A stretch of 64,000 nt of DNA from Candidatus Latescibacterota bacterium (GTDB taxonomy: Bacteria > Latescibacterota > UBA2968 > GCA-2709665): positions 5,600,001 to 5,664,000 of the forward strand of contig OZ241917.1 of the NCBI GenBank assembly GCA_965203805.1, in the 5' to 3' direction. The notes under the pieces are model-generated. The model had not been told where the DNA came from and ran no database searches. It saw only the letters and a program-made list of their open reading frames with translations. A program made the translations under genes and the position numbers. Below, in pieces: positions 59,325-64,000 of the stretch. Numbering within the stretch: position 1 is the first letter of the stretch; each line of letters begins with the position of its first letter.

Positions 59325-60971
59325 ATGAATATGCTAATTCTCAATTTGTCAATTAAGCTGGTGATTTGTTACCTGGTAATTCCAGCCGCAAATCTATGTG
59401 CTTCGGAAGTTGTACGCAACACACAACGACCTCGAGAAAAGGCAGAATTTAGCGCGGATAGACTCACGGAAGGATTCAAAGAGCTCGTTTACCTCAAGGC
59501 TTATCCACATCATGCCTTTGACGTTGATTCCCTGGACGTTGCCGTGGGCTTTTGGCCGCTCTCCGAATTAGATTCGGTATTGGCAGGACAAATCACTTCA
59601 GTTTTGTCGAAACAGGCAAGGCCCGGCGATTCAGAGCATCAGACTTACTCGTTGCGTCTCGACGTTTTCCGTCGGTCGCTGTCAGAAGAGTTGATCTTCA
59701 CAAGCCAGATGCCTCTGCGCATCGGTTCGATGGCGTTTACCATTCCAGTCACCGGACTTGAGGGTGTCCTCATTGGGAGACCACGAATCATCGACCCTCT
59801 GGGAACTGTTCACGAGATTTGGTATTTGCCGGAGGTAGAAGGTGAGAAACCGTATGCGCCGACTATTTTCCTCGGGATTCATCGAGGACGCCAATATGTC
59901 ATGAAGTCAGTCGCTGATACAACAGGACCCGGATTCCGCCGGTTACGAGTTGTCGGTAATCCGAACCGTATCAGTTATCCAAAGAACGATACGCTACATA
60001 GTTTTGCTCGTAGCGTCTGGGATTTACATAATTTCTCCGGACGCATTTATGTCGGTGGTGGTGATTGGATTAACAATCAGGGGCCGGTATCTGTATGGTC
60101 GTTTGTAGGGGATAACAGCCGTTCGAAATATCAATTCCAGAAGGAATTCACCGTCGATGACGAGTCAGTAGATCGCTTCCGGACGTGCGCTGGACGACTC
60201 TTTGTGCCCGGTATAGACGCCACGGAATCCTGGAACTTTGGCAATATCTACATTAAGGAGAACGGGGAATGGCGCAAGCATAGGACGATTCCAAGCGCTG
60301 TCCACGTATTTGACGCAGCCTGCTTCGCCCAAAAGCTCTATGTTACTGCTGACACCGAATTGGGGGCAGCGTTGTACGAATCGAGTGACTGGGGAAAGAC
60401 ATGGAGACGATTCAGTCACGACAATGTTGATGAATTCAGCGATGGCCGTTATATCGAGATGGCGGCACTTGAACAGGGTCTGATCGTGACGCCTGGCCAA
60501 GAATACCTCTATCTCTTTAATAATATTAAACTTGATAGGTTAGTTATCCCGCAATTTCCAGGCCTGGAGAATGACCGACAGATACCTCATCGGGTAACGC
60601 CGTTCCTGAATGGCGTACTTTATACGTATTTGCGATGGAAGGAAGAACAGGCACCCAAACCGCTATATTATCTGACGGATCTAAAGAAGGGTGCAGTTGT
60701 AATTCAACAATTCATGCATGACTGGGTCCAGGACATCGTGGTACGGGATAATGTGTGTTACGTTCTTTCAAGTCGAAGGTCAGGAGACATTTACACCGGC
60801 TATGTGTACGAATCCAGGGATCTTGCGAAGTGGAAATTGGTAGCCCAATTTGAGAATAGCGCGCTTCCGCACTCCCTGGAATATTCGGACGGCGCATTCT
60901 ACGTCGGTCTGGCTGCGCTCTCGGGCCAAGCCAATTCGAATTCAGGCAGTATCTGCCGCCTTGAGCGTTGA
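59325..60971 (+). CDS. Hypothetical secreted beta-propeller (Asp-box/BNR) protein
   Basis: Hydrophobic N-terminus, SSDWGKTW Asp box and YESRDLAKW; lower GC than neighbours. Confidence 0.65.
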   Translation: MNMLILNLSIKLVICYLVIPAANLCASEVVRNTQRPREKAEFSADRLTEGFKELVYLKAYPHHAFDVDSLDVAVGFWPLSELDSVLAGQITSVLSKQARPGDSEHQTYSLRLDVFRRSLSEELIFTSQMPLRIGSMAFTIPVTGLEGVLIGRPRIIDPLGTVHEIWYLPEVEGEKPYAPTIFLGIHRGRQYVMKSVADTTGPGFRRLRVVGNPNRISYPKNDTLHSFARSVWDLHNFSGRIYVGGGDWINNQGPVSVWSFVGDNSRSKYQFQKEFTVDDESVDRFRTCAGRLFVPGIDATESWNFGNIYIKENGEWRKHRTIPSAVHVFDAACFAQKLYVTADTELGAALYESSDWGKTWRRFSHDNVDEFSDGRYIEMAALEQGLIVTPGQEYLYLFNNIKLDRLVIPQFPGLENDRQIPHRVTPFLNGVLYTYLRWKEEQAPKPLYYLTDLKKGAVVIQQFMHDWVQDIVVRDNVCYVLSSRRSGDIYTGYVYESRDLAKWKLVAQFENSALPHSLEYSDGAFYVGLAALSGQANSNSGSICRLER

Positions 60972-61349
60972 GGCGTTGCCTGCTGTGCCGATATTCAGGG
61001 GCAAATTCGGCCTTTAACAACCCAATGGAATAATGTAGAAAGCAAAAAAGTGCCGAACGATGACTTATGCAAAAGCAACGTTCCTTGGGCAAAACCAGGG
61101 GTAGGAAGCAAGGCGCACGTTGGGACCGCGAAATGTTGGTTCGATTTCATTACGAGGATCGAGAAGCAGGATTCTTGCTTCGATCACGAAACCTTCCACC
61201 AACGATAAAATGATGTGGATCTCGCAGCGTCCCTTCTGGCACGGAAGGCAAATGTCTACTGGCAGGATGGAGTAATTGATCGTTCGATTCCAGGGATAAA
61301 GATACAGTCATTCACAATTGCCAGCTACTGACTCGGATTCAACCCCTGT

Positions 61350-63143
61350 CTATAGCGCGTGGTAGTAATCTCGAATCTTGGCCGCCATCAGTATTCTCCG
61401 CTCCCTGAGAAACTCATCGTAATTTTCAACACCGACTTTCTCCATACCGTTGGGAATACAATGAGCCACGAGGTTTCCGCGTAATTGATCGAGATCTGTA
61501 ATACCTCCGTAATATGACTTTCCATTCTCGCATTGCTGACGAATGTCTTTGAAATATTCGTTGGGAGCCTTGTCGCCAATCGCGATATTTGTCTCGCTCT
61601 GCATTACGACGTAGTTCGCAATCTGGTTGTACCGACTTTGTGGAAGCCCGTTTTGCTTCAGATAGTTCCTGGGAAAGACGTGGTGTATATGCGATAAACC
61701 TTCAAGAAGGTTTTGTACTGTATGATCACGCGAAAGAAATCCCTTGTCGTTCGATTTTACTTGGGATGCCAGGAACACGTTGAAGTACGGGCTGCTGGCA
61801 ACCGAAGTGTCTATGCGCTGTGGTAGACCAACATTCCAGAATGCGTCGGACAGCTCACCTCGTTCAACGACGTCGAGATACGTAAACGCGTCCTGTCCGT
61901 CAAAATTGCGTATGTCAAGTCCAAATGCCGTTTCGGGCGAACTGGTGTATCTGCCCGTAAGGATGGACATCACGAACCAGCGGCGCACCAATTTTTCAAT
62001 TTCGACGGAGTCAATCCCGCGGGCGCGTAACGTTATATACAAGATGTATGCGAAATTGACAGTGTTCTGCGACCGGATCATCGCAACATCTACAAAGCCA
62101 GCCGACCTCAATATCATAACGAACCGTTTGAAGTCGGTCTCGTTCATGTATTGAAGAATCGCACCCTCAAGCCTGCGAAAGGAATTCTCGGCGATGCTCT
62201 CCTCAAATGCACGTGTTTCGAAATTGCGACCAGAAAGTAATGCGACCAAGTCCTCCAGGCGACCGCGTTTAAATTCCGATGTAAATGCGACTCGAAGCAT
62301 ATCGGTGTAAGACGGGTCGTACAGGTCATCTTTCTCGTGCTTCAGCCAAGTCATTGCACGAAAATAGTCCGTATTTGCAAACTCCCTGTCGTTTGCCAGG
62401 CTTTCATACGCTTCGGGCGCAACGGCTAGGTGACAGAAGTAGTCAATGCACTTGCGGAGCTGGTGTCCGTTGTATTTTTCATTGGCGGCCAATCGGGACA
62501 TGGCGAAATCCGCCGCGTTCAGCGTAACCCCCTGGGAGTTGATTCGAACAAAGATCTCAGCGACTGTCTCGACGTCCAGATCTTCATTCAGATCGATCAG
62601 GCCGATAGAGTTGCCTCGTATACCAACGAGTCGATTCAGTCGGTCGTAAATTTCATCTTCATCTGATTCTGAATTTTTCTCACAATGTTCTTTAACCAGC
62701 CTATTCATCTTGGCATCTTGAGCAAAGACGGCCCCAATATTGGCAATCCACTCCGGATCCTTCCTGATCGCTGGGTTCGCAACTTCGAATTCTTCCCTTC
62801 CTGGATGAAATGCGATCGAAATGTGTCTTTTCTTATAGTCCTTGTCAACAACCGGGAGTCCCAATAAAGCCGCTCGGAGGGCTGTCAATCGCTGCTGTCC
62901 ATCAATCAGTATTCGCTTGTGAACGGACGGTGGGCTATCTTTCAGTCGCGCGTCAGGATTCCACCATGAGATTAAATAACCAACCGGGAATCCGCGATAG
63001 AGCGAGTCGATGAAGTCGCGGACCTTCGCGGCGTTCCACACGAAAGGACGCTGTATCTCGGGAATGGCAATCGCGCCGATTTCGATCCAGTTCAGCAGGG
63101 TATGTATCTGGTACTGATTGACTGAATAACGTTGATTTGGCAT
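61350..63143 (-). CDS. GmrSD-like DUF262 (ParB-like) plus C-terminal HNH-like protein
   Basis: IPEIQRPFVW, DSLYRGFPVG, LIDGQQRLT, FVRINSQG, HIHHVFP..N..AN. Confidence 0.88.
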   Translation of the reverse strand: MPNQRYSVNQYQIHTLLNWIEIGAIAIPEIQRPFVWNAAKVRDFIDSLYRGFPVGYLISWWNPDARLKDSPPSVHKRILIDGQQRLTALRAALLGLPVVDKDYKKRHISIAFHPGREEFEVANPAIRKDPEWIANIGAVFAQDAKMNRLVKEHCEKNSESDEDEIYDRLNRLVGIRGNSIGLIDLNEDLDVETVAEIFVRINSQGVTLNAADFAMSRLAANEKYNGHQLRKCIDYFCHLAVAPEAYESLANDREFANTDYFRAMTWLKHEKDDLYDPSYTDMLRVAFTSEFKRGRLEDLVALLSGRNFETRAFEESIAENSFRRLEGAILQYMNETDFKRFVMILRSAGFVDVAMIRSQNTVNFAYILYITLRARGIDSVEIEKLVRRWFVMSILTGRYTSSPETAFGLDIRNFDGQDAFTYLDVVERGELSDAFWNVGLPQRIDTSVASSPYFNVFLASQVKSNDKGFLSRDHTVQNLLEGLSHIHHVFPRNYLKQNGLPQSRYNQIANYVVMQSETNIAIGDKAPNEYFKDIRQQCENGKSYYGGITDLDQLRGNLVAHCIPNGMEKVGVENYDEFLRERRILMAAKIRDYYHAL

Positions 63144-63245
63144 GAGTTAAACCTCTGAATGAGTCCACCACGGAGAAACTGTATTGTGAAAGAAAAGAAG
63201 AGTTCGCCAAAATCGATCGGCGAGCAATCAGGAGAAGCCCGACGG

Positions 63246-64000
63246 TCACGGAATCGCGTCTACGGGTACGCGAGGAAGCCCTTGACGTTGAAGATAAAGG
63301 GCGTATCGCTGTTGGATTCTCGTCAGGTAGGGGTGCAGAAGGCGACCAATTCGTTTCTCCCTGAGTTCCCCAAATCGCTTAAGCCGTAGCCTCTTAAATG
63401 TAAATATGACGCTCCTACCATTGCAGGCGGCAAAAGCGACAGATTCGTAAATTCTCTCTTCGAAATGTCCATTGTTGTATCGCTTGTCGATGTCCTCGTC
63501 ACTCATCTCTTCGCCTTCGACACAGTACAGTTGCACCTTGTCCGTTTTCTGACCTCCTCTTGGAATGCAGTCGCAATCCGGCCGTAGATTCAGCAGATAC
63601 CTGCGCTCAGAAGACTGAAACAAGTCACCACACCTGATCTCGTCATCCGGCAAGGAGTCACTCGGCCGCAGGCAGGTTTCGCCAATGAGAGCTCTCAGAT
63701 CATCAGCTGGAACGTCCGTAAAGGGGGCAGCAAGAATCTTTGCCTCGAATTCGTCGGTCCTCATGCGCCCGGTCAGACTGTCATTGATCAGATGAGTCAG
63801 GGACGAACTCGGATCCACACCATCATCATCGTATGCCTTCCAGAACACTCTGGGCCATTCCGGACTTCGGGCATACATCGAAGAGAACAGTTCCTTCTTC
63901 GCAGAACGGCACCCTTGTTCCCAATTCTTAAGGGCATACACGGAAGCGTTGTGGGTGATCCATTCTTCAATTGGTTTGAAATTCAAAGACTCCCCTGACG
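63246..64000 (-). CDS. Hypothetical protein, 5' partial, probably defence-island associated
   Basis: Frame open to the window edge; CGDLF..YLLNLRPDCDC and RIQQRYALYLQRQGLP motifs. Confidence 0.6.
   Translation of the reverse strand, partial: SGESLNFKPIEEWITHNASVYALKNWEQGCRSAKKELFSSMYARSPEWPRVFWKAYDDDGVDPSSSLTHLINDSLTGRMRTDEFEAKILAAPFTDVPADDLRALIGETCLRPSDSLPDDEIRCGDLFQSSERRYLLNLRPDCDCIPRGGQKTDKVQLYCVEGEEMSDEDIDKRYNNGHFEERIYESVAFAACNGRSVIFTFKRLRLKRFGELREKRIGRLLHPYLTRIQQRYALYLQRQGLPRVPVDAIP

Noticed and set aside
60972-61349. Possible gene remnant or ncRNA between convergent genes
   Set aside because: No recognisable motif, ORF or stable structure that I can support.

Overview
GC-rich bacterial chromosome segment in which housekeeping and metabolic blocks alternate with decaying accessory regions. 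Core genes include AddAB-like helicase/nuclease, an SDR, nth, dksA, an HpcH/HpaI aldolase, dusB, larB, a symporter, a GT2/radical SAM/GT2 cluster, an enolase-superfamily dehydratase, an ABC transporter and an ECF sigma factor. Accessory regions: (1) 1-6 kb, a type IIG-like methyltransferase and TA remnants; (2) about 15.6-32 kb, a WYL regulator next to an AAA+ ATPase with three ATPase modules, an IS1595 element with probable passenger genes, an ORF-less group II intron in an aldolase pseudogene, GIY-YIG and Mrr-like nucleases and several pseudogenes; (3) an IS5 copy at 51.6-53 kb; (4) a GmrSD-like locus at the right end. The most striking signal is a family of 19-36 nt hairpin insertions, CCTG(C/T)CTG-[variable stem-loop]-CAG(G/A)CAGG: 12 copies at 10 loci. 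Empty sites in the same window show they insert without target duplication, and every copy lies in a mobile element, a repeat or another copy. The second is the WYL/triple-AAA pair, with a CGAC-N7-GTCG operator fused to a TGTCGT-N10-TAACTT promoter. No rRNA, tRNA or CRISPR array was seen. Family assignments rest on motif recognition by eye, not on database searches.
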